Shown here: one piece after another, positions 28,158-38,013 of the stretch
How the letters are laid out: the number at the start of each line of letters is the position of its first letter
Position numbering within the stretch: position 1 is the stretch's first letter
Source of the DNA: Candidatus Omnitrophota bacterium
GTDB taxonomy: Bacteria; Omnitrophota; Gorgyraeia; Tantalellales; Tantalellaceae
Assembly: GCA_014728075.1 (NCBI GenBank)
Contig: WJMG01000075.1
Location: 4,262 to 68,261, forward strand
Direction: 5' to 3'
Length of the DNA stretch: 64,000 nucleotides
Program-made: the position numbers and the translations under genes
The notes under the pieces: generated by a model
The model's input: the letters and a program-made list of their open reading frames with translations, nothing else
What the model was told of the DNA's origin: nothing
The model's database searches: none

Positions 28158-29600
28158 TCACATGGAAGGAAGAGCGCTTTCGCCCATAAGGAACCTGTCG
28201 ATATTATAAGCCGCTTTCCGCCCTTCGGATATCGCCCAGACTACAAGCGACTGACCTCTGCGCATATCGCCGGCGGAAAAGACCTTGTCCCTGGATGTCC
28301 TGAAAGAGTCGTCGGTCTTAACATTACCTCTCTCGTCAAGTTCAAGCCCGAGATCGGAAACAAGGCCTCCGTGCTCGGGGTGTACGAAACCTATGGCCAG
28401 GAGGGCCATATCGGCTTCCAGGCGGAATCCGCTTCCCGGAACCTCTTTCATCACCGGGCAGGCCCCTTCTGTTTTTTCGAACTCGACACGAACGCATTCA
28501 AGGGCCGTGAGCTTCCCCCCGGAACCGATAAACTTTTTCGTGAGGACCGACCACTCTCTTTCACTGCCTTCCTCGTGGCTCGAGGATGTCTTAAGGATAA
28601 GGGGGTAAGAAGGCCAGGGGTAGGCGTCCGTCCGGCATTCCTCCGGCCTGGGCATCACCTCTATCTGGACCACACAGGAAGCTCCCTGCCTGTTGGCCGT
28701 CCCGACACAATCGCTGCCCGTGTCCCCGCCGCCTATAACTACAACTTTTTTCCCGGCGGCATCTATGGATTCTTTTTCATCCGGGCCTTCCCCGGAAACA
28801 CGCTTGTTTGACTGGGTGAGGTAATCCATCGCGAAATGAATACCCTCCAGGGCCCTTCCCTCGATATCAAGGTCACGCGGGGTCCTGGACCCTATGGCCA
28901 GACAGACGGCGTCAAAATCATCCAGCAAATCACCGGACCGGTAATCCCTGCCGACCTTAACCGAAGTCCTGAAATCTATCCCTTCCTGCCTGAGAAGATC
29001 AAGCCTTCTTTCAACTATCCGTTTTTCAAGCTTGAAATCGGGTATACCGTATCTCAAAAGCCCGCCCGGCTTATCGTCCTTTTCGAAGACGGTGACGCTG
29101 TGCCCGGCCCTGTTAAGCTGCTGCGCGCACGAAAGGCCGGCGGGCCCCGAACCTACAACGGCGACTTTTTTCCCGGTCCGCTGTCCGGGAGGCTTTGGTT
29201 TGATAATACCTTTCTCGAAAGCGTATTCTATCGCGTCAAGCTCGTTCTCGCGTATAGTTACGGGGTCATCGTTTATCCCCAGGACACAGGAATACTCGCA
29301 CGGGGCGGGGCATATCCTGCCCGTCATCTCAGGAAGGTTGTTGGTAGCGTCCAGGAGCTCGAAAGCCTTATCCCGGCAACCCTCGAAAATAAGGTCGTTC
29401 CATTCCGGTATATAGTTTCCCACCGGGCACGCCCAATGGCAGAAAGGCGTGCCGCAATCCATGCACCTTGCCGCCTGTTCACCGGACTCCTCTCCGCTGC
29501 GCATAATATTGACATACTTGTAATCTTTGACCCTTTCGCACACGGGCCTGTACCCTGCCGTTTTTCTTCCTATTTTCATGAACCCTTTAGGGTCTCCCAT
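28158..29600 (-). CDS. gltD: glutamate synthase (NADPH) small subunit
   Basis: Start set at MGDPKGFMKIGRK (ATG 29600); Cys clusters CMDCGTPFC, CPAPCE; FAD/NADPH motifs VVGSGPAGLS and VIGGGDTGSD. Confidence 0.85.
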   Translation of the reverse strand: MGDPKGFMKIGRKTAGYRPVCERVKDYKYVNIMRSGEESGEQAARCMDCGTPFCHWACPVGNYIPEWNDLIFEGCRDKAFELLDATNNLPEMTGRICPAPCEYSCVLGINDDPVTIRENELDAIEYAFEKGIIKPKPPGQRTGKKVAVVGSGPAGLSCAQQLNRAGHSVTVFEKDDKPGGLLRYGIPDFKLEKRIVERRLDLLRQEGIDFRTSVKVGRDYRSGDLLDDFDAVCLAIGSRTPRDLDIEGRALEGIHFAMDYLTQSNKRVSGEGPDEKESIDAAGKKVVVIGGGDTGSDCVGTANRQGASCVVQIEVMPRPEECRTDAYPWPSYPLILKTSSSHEEGSEREWSVLTKKFIGSGGKLTALECVRVEFEKTEGACPVMKEVPGSGFRLEADMALLAIGFVHPEHGGLVSDLGLELDERGNVKTDDSFRTSRDKVFSAGDMRRGQSLVVWAISEGRKAAYNIDRFLMGESALPSM

Positions 29601-29778
29601 AACTGCTGCTCCTTCTTGCGTGTCATTCCCGCATGCTCTAAGCGGAGGCCGGACAAAAGTATTATTTTGATGGGATCCCCGCTCGACCCCGCTGGCCGAT
29701 TCCCCTCTGGCCGCGGCACTTTCCCGGCAACCTATACCCCCGGTCGCGGGAATGGTAATTTCTGTTCCTTCTTTTCCA

Positions 29779-32700
29779 TTATCCGTCAAATGTTTCCGCC
29801 AGGCCCAGTTTTTCCTCCATCTTCCTGGCTTCGAGTACCCGCTTATACTCTATGGGCATTACCTTAACAAAACGCCCGATAGCCTCGTGCATGTTATCCA
29901 GTATTTTTTTCGCTTTCTCGCTTCCCGTGTAATTCAGATGGTTATGCAGAAGATTATGTATGGTCTCCCTGTCCCCTTCTTCAGGTTCCTCCAGATCCAC
30001 CATGTCCATATTGCATTTCGCCGGGAAAGAACCGTCTTCGTCGTAAATGTAGGCTATGCCTCCCGACATCCCGGCACCGAAATTCCTGCCGGTCGGACCT
30101 ATTATGACCGCCCTCCCGCCTGTCATGTATTCGCATCCGTGGTCCCCGACCCCCTCTGCCACGGCGTAAACACCCGAATTCCTGATACAGAACCTTTCTC
30201 CCGCGACGCCTTTTATGTAAGCTTCACCGGAGATAGCCCCGTAAAAGGTCGTGTTCCCTATTATTATGTTCTGTCCGGGATCGTAATCCGATCTTTTCCC
30301 GGGGTAAATTACGATCTTTCCCCCGGACATGCCTTTGCCTACATAATCGTTAGCCAGGCCCTCAAGCTCGAAAGTTATACCTTTAGCCAGCCACGCGCCA
30401 AAACTCTGTCCCGCTTCTCCCCGGAACCTGCAGTGGATAGTACCTTCCGGAAGACCCCGTTCGCCGTGTTCCATACATACGGCACCGGAAAGCATGGCGC
30501 CGGTAGTCCTGTTCACATTCCTTATAGGAAGTTCTATTTCGACCTTCTCCTCGTTCTTCACGGCCTTTTCCGCAAGCGATATAAGCTCCCTGTCGAGCAC
30601 CGAATCGATACAGTGGTCCTGGGCCCTCTCGCACCTGGTCCCCACCTCCGGGGCGACCTGCGGTTTATAAAGTATCCTCGAAAGGTCCAGGCCCCTCGCT
30701 TTTTCGGGGATGATGTCCCTGTTCACTTCAAGAAGGTCGGTTCTTCCTATCAGCTCGTCAAGCTTTCTTATTCCCAGTTCGGCCATTATCTCCCTGAGTT
30801 CCCGTATAACGAAACGCATATAGGTCTCCACATATTCCGGACGGCCCCTGAACCTTTTCTGGAGCAGGTCGTCCTGAGTAGCAACACCCACGGAACAGTT
30901 ATTGAGATTGCAATGCCTCAGCATAACACACCCGACCGTTATAAGCGCGGCGGTACAGAAACCGTACTCTTCGGCGCCGAGCATAGCCGCCACGGCGACA
31001 TCCCTTCCCGTCCTCATCTGGCCATCGGTCTGGAGCCGCACCCGGCTCCTGAGATCGTTCAGGACGAGCGTCTGGTGTGTCTCGGAAAGCCCTAATTCCC
31101 AGGGGAGTCCGGCATGCCGTATGGAGCTCTTGGGCGAGGCGCCGGTTCCGCCGTCCGCGCCGGAAATAAGTATCATGTCGGCGTGTCCTTTGGCCACGCC
31201 CGCGGCGATGGTACCTACGCCCACTTCCGATACGAGCTTAACGCTTATACGCGCGCCCGGATTGGTGTTCTTCAGGTCAAATATCAGCTGGGCCAGGTCT
31301 TCTATGGAATAGATATCGTGATGCGGCGGAGGGGATATGAGAGTAACCCCGGGAGTAGTATACCTGGTCCTGGCTATGACCGCGCTTACTTTATGACCGG
31401 GGAGCTGGCCGCCCTCGCCCGGCTTGGCTCCCTGAGCTATTTTTATCTGCAGTTCGTCCGAATTGACCATATAATTGGTGGTAACACCGAATCTGCCTGA
31501 AGCCACCTGTTTTATCGCGCTTCTGGCCGAATCCCCGTTAGGCATGGGAACGAACCTCGCGGGATCCTCCCCGCCTTCTCCCGTATTGGATCTGCCTCCG
31601 AGGCGGTTCATCGCTATTGCCAGCGATTCGTGAGCTCCCCTGGATATGGACCCGAAGCTCATCGCGCCCGTGGCGAACCTCTTCACTATTTCTCCCTCGG
31701 GCTCGACCTCTTCCAGGGGCACCGGCGTGTTCTTTCTGAACTTCAGCAAGCTTCTCAGCGTAACGGGCGTATCGGACTGGTCGTTTATCATTTCGGAGAA
31801 AGACCTGTATTTCCGATAATCGGAGTTCCAGACCGCGTCCTGCAGTGCCGCTATCGACTCAGGGTTCCATAGATGTTTTTCCCCGTCCTTTTTCCACTGA
31901 TATATGCCTCCCGTGACAAGATTGTCCGTTTTGAGCGTTTCCACTTCAGGAAAAGCTTCCTTGTGCCTGCTCAGCGTTTCCCGCGCTATCGTGTCGATAT
32001 CCGCTCCGCCTATCCTCGAAGGGGTTCCCGTAAAACATCTGTCGACAACCTCCTCCCCAAGGCCAATAGCCTCGAATATCTGCGCCCCCCTGTAGCTTTT
32101 AAGCGTAGATATGCCCATCTTGGAAAGTATTTTCATTATACCCTTGTTGACCGCCTTACGGTAATTCAAGTGCGCGGTCCCTGCATCGGAACGCAGCCTC
32201 TTTTCCCCGACAAGTTCCGAAACGGCCTTTAGCGCGAGATAAGGGTTCACGCAATCCGCCCCGTAACCGAAAAGAAGGGCGAAATGATGCACTTCCCTGG
32301 GTTCTCCGCTTTCTACGATAAGACCAATCCTGGAGCGAAGGGCCTTTTTAACGAGGAACTGGTGAACGGCCCCGGCGGCCAGAAGCGCGGGAAGGGCGGC
32401 ATGCTCCCTGTCGACGCCCCTGTCGCTTAAAATGACGAAACTATAGCCGTCCTCGATGGCTTTTTCCGCGTCAAGGCATACCCTGTCGAGAGCCTGTTTG
32501 AAAGCTTTTTTATCAGAGGCGTTGAACAGGGTGGATATTGTGGCTGTTCTGAACCCTTTTTCGTCTATCCCCCTGATCTTTTCAAGCTCGTGGTCCATAA
32601 GCACAGGCTCTTTTATCCTGAGTTTATGGGCGTGTTCCGGCGTTTCCCCCAGTATGTTCTTCTGTGACCCCACATAACTTTCCAGGCTCATCACGACCTC

Positions 32701-34311
32701 TTCCCTTATGGGATCTATGGCGGGATTGGTAACCTGGGCGAAAAGCTGCTTGAAATAATTATAGAGGACCTGCGAATGTTTCGAAAGTATCGCGTGAGGC
32801 GTATCGTTCCCCATCGCGCCGATAGGCTCTTTACCTTCCCTGGCCATAGGGACTATTATCTCTTTAAGGTCTTCCCGGGAATACCCGAACGACTTGAGCA
32901 GTGAAGTCACCTCCTCTTTCTCTTCTTTGGCCGGCCCACCGGAGGACAGGTCATCCATTTCAACAAGATTGTCCCTGACCCACCTGCCGTAATCCTGCCG
33001 CCCGCAGACATCTTTCTTTACATCTTTGTCCTCTATTATCTTTCCGGCTTCGGTATCGATAAAAAATATCTTTCCGGGTTCGAGCCTGCCCGACTTGAGT
33101 ATGTCGGCGGGATCGATATCCAGCACTCCCACCTCGGAAGCCATTACGACGGTATCGTCCTTGGTAACTATGTACCGGGCGGGTCTAAGACCGTTACGGT
33201 CGAGCACGGCGCCTATCCTGGTGCCGTCCGTAGCGGCGATGGCCGCCGGTCCGTCCCATGGTTCCATGAAACAGGAATGGAATTTATAAAAATCCCTTAG
33301 CTCCTTATCCATGAGATCATTATGCTCCCAGGCGCCGGGAACGAGCATCAGCATGACATGGGGCAGGGACCTTCCTGAAAGCTCCAGGAGCTCGAAAACA
33401 TTATCTATCGTGGCGGAATCACTGCCGCCTTCGACTATAACGGGTTTTATCTTCTCCAGGTCCCGTCCGAAATCGCCGCTTTCGAGAAGCCCTTCGCGGG
33501 CGCGCATCCAGTTTATGTTGCCCCTTAAAGTGTTTATCTCTCCGTTATGGGCAAGAAAGCGGAAAGGCTGGGCGAGGTCCCATGTAGGGAAAGTGTTCGT
33601 ACTGTACCGGGAGTGCACAAGAGCCAGGGACGAAACGACATCTTTCTCCCTGAGGTCGACAAAGTAATCTTTTACCTGATGCGGCATCAGCAGACCCTTG
33701 TAGCTCAATGTCCTGGAAGAAAGATTGGTTATGTAGAAAAAGGACTTCTGTTCAATAGTCGAAGCCTTAACCTGTTTTTCAGCTATCCTCCTGATAACAT
33801 AAAGCTTCCGTTCGAAGTCCATTATCGCGTTTACCGACCCGCCCGCTTTTATGATAGGCTGTTTGATGACCGGCTGGGTCTCGAGGGCGCCTTTGCCTAT
33901 GATCGAATCGTCCACGGGAACTTCTCTCCAGCCCAGAAATTCCTGTCCTTCTTCCTTTACGGCCTTTTCCAGGGTTTTCTCGCAAAAATCCCTGTCTTCC
34001 GGCTCTTCCGGAAGGAAAACAAGCCCGGTCCCGTATTCCCCCGCCGCAGGAAGCTCTATTCCCAGCGTTTTGACGGACCTTCGAAGAAAAGCGTCCGGCA
34101 TCTGTATAAGTATCCCCGCGCCGTCACCGGTCTCGGGATCAGCGCCTACCGCCCCTCTGTGGCTCATGTGCTCAAGGACATTTATGGCTTTGCTGATTAT
34201 GTCGTAAGACCTCTCTCCTTTTACATTGCAGACAAACCCTACACCGCAGCTGTCGTGCTCGAAAAAAGGGTCGTAAAGGCCCTGTTTCGGAGGTAAATGC
34301 TTAAATCCCAT
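29779..34311 (-). CDS. gltB: glutamate synthase large subunit
   Basis: 1510 aa; N-terminal Ntn amidotransferase (FEHDSCGVGF), FMN and 3Fe-4S domains, C-terminal GXGXG beta-helix. Confidence 0.95.
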   Translation of the reverse strand: MGFKHLPPKQGLYDPFFEHDSCGVGFVCNVKGERSYDIISKAINVLEHMSHRGAVGADPETGDGAGILIQMPDAFLRRSVKTLGIELPAAGEYGTGLVFLPEEPEDRDFCEKTLEKAVKEEGQEFLGWREVPVDDSIIGKGALETQPVIKQPIIKAGGSVNAIMDFERKLYVIRRIAEKQVKASTIEQKSFFYITNLSSRTLSYKGLLMPHQVKDYFVDLREKDVVSSLALVHSRYSTNTFPTWDLAQPFRFLAHNGEINTLRGNINWMRAREGLLESGDFGRDLEKIKPVIVEGGSDSATIDNVFELLELSGRSLPHVMLMLVPGAWEHNDLMDKELRDFYKFHSCFMEPWDGPAAIAATDGTRIGAVLDRNGLRPARYIVTKDDTVVMASEVGVLDIDPADILKSGRLEPGKIFFIDTEAGKIIEDKDVKKDVCGRQDYGRWVRDNLVEMDDLSSGGPAKEEKEEVTSLLKSFGYSREDLKEIIVPMAREGKEPIGAMGNDTPHAILSKHSQVLYNYFKQLFAQVTNPAIDPIREEVVMSLESYVGSQKNILGETPEHAHKLRIKEPVLMDHELEKIRGIDEKGFRTATISTLFNASDKKAFKQALDRVCLDAEKAIEDGYSFVILSDRGVDREHAALPALLAAGAVHQFLVKKALRSRIGLIVESGEPREVHHFALLFGYGADCVNPYLALKAVSELVGEKRLRSDAGTAHLNYRKAVNKGIMKILSKMGISTLKSYRGAQIFEAIGLGEEVVDRCFTGTPSRIGGADIDTIARETLSRHKEAFPEVETLKTDNLVTGGIYQWKKDGEKHLWNPESIAALQDAVWNSDYRKYRSFSEMINDQSDTPVTLRSLLKFRKNTPVPLEEVEPEGEIVKRFATGAMSFGSISRGAHESLAIAMNRLGGRSNTGEGGEDPARFVPMPNGDSARSAIKQVASGRFGVTTNYMVNSDELQIKIAQGAKPGEGGQLPGHKVSAVIARTRYTTPGVTLISPPPHHDIYSIEDLAQLIFDLKNTNPGARISVKLVSEVGVGTIAAGVAKGHADMILISGADGGTGASPKSSIRHAGLPWELGLSETHQTLVLNDLRSRVRLQTDGQMRTGRDVAVAAMLGAEEYGFCTAALITVGCVMLRHCNLNNCSVGVATQDDLLQKRFRGRPEYVETYMRFVIRELREIMAELGIRKLDELIGRTDLLEVNRDIIPEKARGLDLSRILYKPQVAPEVGTRCERAQDHCIDSVLDRELISLAEKAVKNEEKVEIELPIRNVNRTTGAMLSGAVCMEHGERGLPEGTIHCRFRGEAGQSFGAWLAKGITFELEGLANDYVGKGMSGGKIVIYPGKRSDYDPGQNIIIGNTTFYGAISGEAYIKGVAGERFCIRNSGVYAVAEGVGDHGCEYMTGGRAVIIGPTGRNFGAGMSGGIAYIYDEDGSFPAKCNMDMVDLEEPEEGDRETIHNLLHNHLNYTGSEKAKKILDNMHEAIGRFVKVMPIEYKRVLEARKMEEKLGLAETFDG

Positions 34312-34328
34312 CGGTCACCTTTTCCGGT

Positions 34329-34550
34329 TCAAATTCTGTACTTTTTGACATCTATCCCGAGCTTCCGTATCTTCAGCCTGAGAGTATTCCTGTTTATTCC
34401 CAGAAGCTTCGCGGCGATCGACTGGTTGCCGAAAGCCCTTTTCAGGGCTTTTTCAATAAGCAGTTTTTCAGTACCGCTGATCACCCTGTCGTAAACGCAT
34501 CCCGTATCCGCCGCCGAAAAAACCTCATCGATATTAATATCTTCCCTCAT
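34329..34550 (-). CDS. Fis-family helix-turn-helix DNA-binding protein
   Basis: 73 aa; C-terminal HTH_8 (EKALKRAFGNQSIAAKLLGINRNTLRLKIRKLGI); first gene of the unit containing gltB. Confidence 0.6.
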   Translation of the reverse strand: MREDINIDEVFSAADTGCVYDRVISGTEKLLIEKALKRAFGNQSIAAKLLGINRNTLRLKIRKLGIDVKKYRI

Positions 34551-34628
34551 AACGCTCTCCTGGAATTAGGTTAGTGTTGAACGGTATTTCCAGGACTCCG
34601 CGAACAGGTCTTTTGTATTTCGCCCTTG

Positions 34629-34669
34629 AAATAAAAAAAGCCTTACCAAGCGTCGGAGCTTGATAAGGC
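34629..34669 (-). terminator. rho-independent terminator inside the leader of the fis-like/gltB unit
   Basis: Minus-sense GCCUUAUCAAGC-uccgac-GCUUGGUAAGGC (12-bp stem) followed by UUUUUUUAUUU. Confidence 0.6.
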
Positions 34670-34787
34670 GTCTTTGCCTTAAAGCGAAGTCTTACAGACC
34701 TTTATGAAGCCTAAAAACTCATCGATGAGCATCGGAACTCCCGGGACCGCCCGGTCCCCGGTTCGGTACAGCTTCACTCAGGTGCCC

Positions 34788-34816
34788 ATTCTACCATTCA
34801 TAAATACATATGTCAA
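34788..34816 (-). promoter_or_regulatory. sigma70-like promoter TTGACA - 17 nt - TAGAAT
   Basis: Consensus -35, 17-nt spacer, 5/6 -10; fires towards the terminator and the fis-like gene. Confidence 0.5.
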
Positions 34817-34851
34817 TATGTAAATCCGGCGGTTTTTGAGCCTTTTTAGGC

Positions 34852-35571
34852 TTATAATCGCTCATTTTCCGACCGGTATCGCATTATGTTCTCGAAGTTA
34901 CGGCATATCCTATAGGCCTCATTTTCAAGAGTTTTTCTGAAGTTTTTCTCATCTTCAAGTAATTTTCCGGCCTTTTCAGAGTATTCCTTTCCCTCTTCGG
35001 AATATTCCTTTATCCACCTTTTCACCATCTCCGAAGTAACCTCGAAATGAAATTGAAGCCCGTAGGCATGATCTCCGATCCGGAAGGCCTGGTTGGGACA
35101 GAGCTCTCCGGCAGCGAGGGCCTCCCCATCAGGCGGAATATCGAAAGTATCCTCGTGCCACTGAAAGACCCTCATCACCTCTCCCATTCCGCTGAAAAGA
35201 GGGTCTTCTCTGCCCTTTTCGGTCAATTCCGCGGTATAATAGCCTATCTCGGGTACAGGAGACCTTTTTACGGCCGCGCCGAAAGTTTTTGCCAGCAGCT
35301 GTGCCCCGAGACAGATGCCCATAAACGGTATTCCGCGGTCCGCGGCTTTTCGGATGAACTTACACTCTTCGGACAGGTAAGGGTATTTTCCCTCTTCGTA
35401 AACATTCATGGGCCCTCCGAGGACGATAATACCGTCAGTGCCTTCGGGACTTTGCGGCAGCCTGTCTCCCTGATAAAGGTCTATTGTCACGGAGGGATGA
35501 TCCGCGTTATCGAAAAAGTCCCCTATAAGCCCCGGGCCCTCAATGGAAATGTTCTTTATGTAAATTATCAT
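34852..35571 (-). CDS. class I glutamine amidotransferase-like protein
   Basis: 239 aa; catalytic-triad context GICLGAQLL and HED. Confidence 0.8.
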   Translation of the reverse strand: MIIYIKNISIEGPGLIGDFFDNADHPSVTIDLYQGDRLPQSPEGTDGIIVLGGPMNVYEEGKYPYLSEECKFIRKAADRGIPFMGICLGAQLLAKTFGAAVKRSPVPEIGYYTAELTEKGREDPLFSGMGEVMRVFQWHEDTFDIPPDGEALAAGELCPNQAFRIGDHAYGLQFHFEVTSEMVKRWIKEYSEEGKEYSEKAGKLLEDEKNFRKTLENEAYRICRNFENIMRYRSENERL

Positions 35572-35672
35572 ATGGCCCTTCTAACGGCCGCAGGCCACTG
35601 ACAGCAGACAACATATTTTCATACGCGGTCCTTTGTCGGTGGCCCGTTGCCGGCGGATCTTCTTCTATATTA

Positions 35673-36014
35673 CTACCCTATCGCCTCGTGCCCGGTCTCT
35701 CCGGTCCGTATGCGGATGCAATCGGCGAGATCCAGGACGAGTATCTTCCCGTCCCCTATATTTCCGGTCCTCGCTCCTTTTACGATAGCGTCTATAGTAG
35801 GCTGGACGAACTCCTTGTTCACCGCTATCTCAAGCCTTATCTTCTTGAGAAGGTTCACTTCGTGGACCACGCCCCTGTATGTCTCGGTAAAACCTTTCTG
35901 CTGGCCGCAACCGAGCGCGTTAGTAACTGTCATCTTATGTATGTCCGCCTCAAAAAGCGCTTTTTTGACATCGGGCAGCTTGTGAGGCTGTATCATCGCT
36001 ACTATCAACTTCAT
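35673..36014 (-). CDS. glnK: nitrogen regulatory protein P-II
   Basis: 113 aa from [10 protein letters not shown]; T-loop (GFTETYRG) and B-loop (TGNIGDGKI); AAGGAG Shine-Dalgarno sequence. Confidence 0.9.
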   Translation of the reverse strand: MKLIVAMIQPHKLPDVKKALFEADIHKMTVTNALGCGQQKGFTETYRGVVHEVNLLKKIRLEIAVNKEFVQPTIDAIVKGARTGNIGDGKILVLDLADCIRIRTGETGHEAIG

Positions 36015-36091
36015 GGCGATCACTCCTTGTTCAGTTATTAGTTAAGAGCCTCCGGACCGGACCGGTTCTTTCTCCGGACCCGTACTCTGAA

Positions 36092-37438
36092 CTACTGCGT
36101 TGTAAAGATCTGGAAACCCGAATACGCCTCCATGCCGTGTTCGGTTATGTCCAGGCCTTTGAGTTCTTCTTCCCTCGAGACCCTGAGCCCGATAACCGCG
36201 TTGATGGTCTTGAAAACAACTGTCATGGCTACCAGGACGAACGCTACTACGGCAAAAGCGCCGAGCGCCTGTATGCCGAGCTGTTCAAATCCCCCTCCGT
36301 GCAATAGGCCGTCACGGGCAAGCCCCAGAGCTTTACGCCCGAATATACCTACGGCGAGGGTCCCCCAGATACCGTTGACCATATGCACGGGGACAGCGCC
36401 TACCGGATCGTCTATCTGGACCCTGTCAAGGAACAAGGTCGCGGCTACTACCAGTATACCCCCGATGGCCCCTATCAGAAGAGCTTCGGCAGGTATGACA
36501 TACGCGCATGGCGCCGTTATGGCCACAAGGCCGGCCAGAGCGCCGTTCATGGTCATGGTCAGATCGGGCTTTCCGCACTTTTTCCAGGCGTAGAACATTG
36601 CCACGAGAGCTCCGCTGACGGCCGAAAGGTTCGTGTTAACGGCAACCTTGGCTATAAGGCTTCCGTCACCGACAGCAAGCGTGGATCCCGGGTTGAACCC
36701 GAACCAGGCAAACCACAGTATAAGGGCTCCCAGCGAGGCCAGGGCCATGGAATGCCCTTCTATGGCATTGGCCGAACCGTCCTTATTGTATTTACCTATT
36801 CTCGGGCCCAGCACCATGGTCCCTACCAGCGCGGCCGTGCCGCCGACGGCGTGTACCACCGCGGATCCCGCGAAATCGCCGAAACCCAGCCCGGCGAGCC
36901 AGCCGCCGCCCCAGACCCAGTGGCCTACGAAGGGGTACACGGCAGCCGATATAATGAAAGAATACATGAGATACGCTTTGAACTTCATCCTTCCCGCGAT
37001 GCCTCCCGCGACTATGGTCGCGGCCGCTCCGCAAAATACGGCGTGGAAGAACCAGGTAGCCTCAAGCGGAAGCGCGCCTTCGTGTGCGGCGTTTATGAGC
37101 ATCCATCCTTCCCAGCCCATGAAACCGTTTCCCTTGCCGAACATTATGGCGTACCCGAACATGAAAAATCCCATTGAAGCCATGCAGAAGTCCAGAAAGT
37201 TGTTCATCAGGACATTACATACATTCTTCGTCCTCAACAGACCCGCTTCAAGCATACCGAAACCGGCCTGCATGATAAAGACCATAAAGGCCGCTATCAT
37301 CACCCAAAGGGTATCGATACCGGTAGTAGTGGCATACTTTTCCGTTCCCTCGGCCAGGGCGGGCCCGGCGAGAAAGCCGAACGCGAAAGCGGCAGAGGCG
37401 GCAGCGAATACCGTTCTTCTTAACCATCCCCTCTTCAT
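36092..37438 (-). CDS. amtB: ammonium transporter Amt
   Basis: 448 aa, signal peptide plus 11 TM helices, Amt signature. Confidence 0.95.
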   Translation of the reverse strand: MKRGWLRRTVFAAASAAFAFGFLAGPALAEGTEKYATTTGIDTLWVMIAAFMVFIMQAGFGMLEAGLLRTKNVCNVLMNNFLDFCMASMGFFMFGYAIMFGKGNGFMGWEGWMLINAAHEGALPLEATWFFHAVFCGAAATIVAGGIAGRMKFKAYLMYSFIISAAVYPFVGHWVWGGGWLAGLGFGDFAGSAVVHAVGGTAALVGTMVLGPRIGKYNKDGSANAIEGHSMALASLGALILWFAWFGFNPGSTLAVGDGSLIAKVAVNTNLSAVSGALVAMFYAWKKCGKPDLTMTMNGALAGLVAITAPCAYVIPAEALLIGAIGGILVVAATLFLDRVQIDDPVGAVPVHMVNGIWGTLAVGIFGRKALGLARDGLLHGGGFEQLGIQALGAFAVVAFVLVAMTVVFKTINAVIGLRVSREEELKGLDITEHGMEAYSGFQIFTTQ

Positions 37439-37459
37439 CTCTCTCCTCCTTTTCGGTTA

Positions 37460-37503
37460 AAAAAGATAAGGCGCCTTCCGGCCTACACGGCCAAAAGACG
37501 CCT
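37460..37503 (-). terminator. terminator-like hairpin with U-tract in the amtB(1) leader
   Basis: Minus-sense GGCG..GGCCGUGUAGGCC..CGCC followed by UUAUCUUUUUU, about 40 nt upstream of the amtB ATG. Confidence 0.4.
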
Positions 37504-37531
37504 TCGTCGTTACCATTACCCGTAATATCGC

Positions 37532-37582
37532 GCACATCACTGTGCTTGATAATACAAGTAAACCGGGGATGGTTATGGTAAC
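37532..37582 (-). promoter_or_regulatory. conserved nitrogen-operon upstream element, copy 1
   Basis: About 50 nt shared with copy 2 at 40648..40702: GTTACC-N9-CCGGNTTTACTTGTATTATC(A/G)AGCAC-N6-GTGC. Confidence 0.5.
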
Positions 37583-37659
37583 TTTTATTTAAGGTTTGTT
37601 CGTAAAGGAGACCGGAACAGCCCGGAACTATACCCCGTTCTCTTTATCCGATACTCTTT

Positions 37660-38001
37660 TTAACCTATCGCCTCACTTCCCGTCTCCCCTGTCCTTATCC
37701 TTACACATTCCGCGAGATCCATAACAAAGATCTTCCCGTCTCCTATATTGCCCGTCCTCGCCCCTTTTACGATAGCGTCTATAGTGGGCTGGACGAAGTC
37801 CTTGTTAACCGCTATCTCCAGCCTTATCTTCTTGAGAAGGTTCACTTCGTGGACCACGCCCCTGTATGTCTCGGTAAAACCCTTCTGCTGGCCGCAGCCG
37901 AGGGCGTTGGTGACCGTCATCTTGAAGACCTCGGCCTCGTACAAAGCCTTCTTAACATCGGGCAGTTTGTGCGGCTGTATCATCGCTACTATAAGTTTCA
38001 T
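37660..38001 (-). CDS. glnK: nitrogen regulatory protein P-II (second copy)
   Basis: 113 aa from MKLIVAMIQ; AAGGAGGG Shine-Dalgarno sequence. Confidence 0.9.
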   Translation of the reverse strand: MKLIVAMIQPHKLPDVKKALYEAEVFKMTVTNALGCGQQKGFTETYRGVVHEVNLLKKIRLEIAVNKDFVQPTIDAIVKGARTGNIGDGKIFVMDLAECVRIRTGETGSEAIG

Positions 38002-38013
38002 GACCACCCTCCT

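Noticed and set aside
29752-31095. Long plus-strand ORFs antisense to gltB, rbr, amtB and others (for example 29752..31095, 8016..8705, 36633..37460, 16066..16941)
   Set aside because: They lie entirely inside strongly supported minus-strand genes, have no recognisable domains, and have proline/arginine-rich low-complexity translations typical of antisense frames in GC-rich coding DNA.
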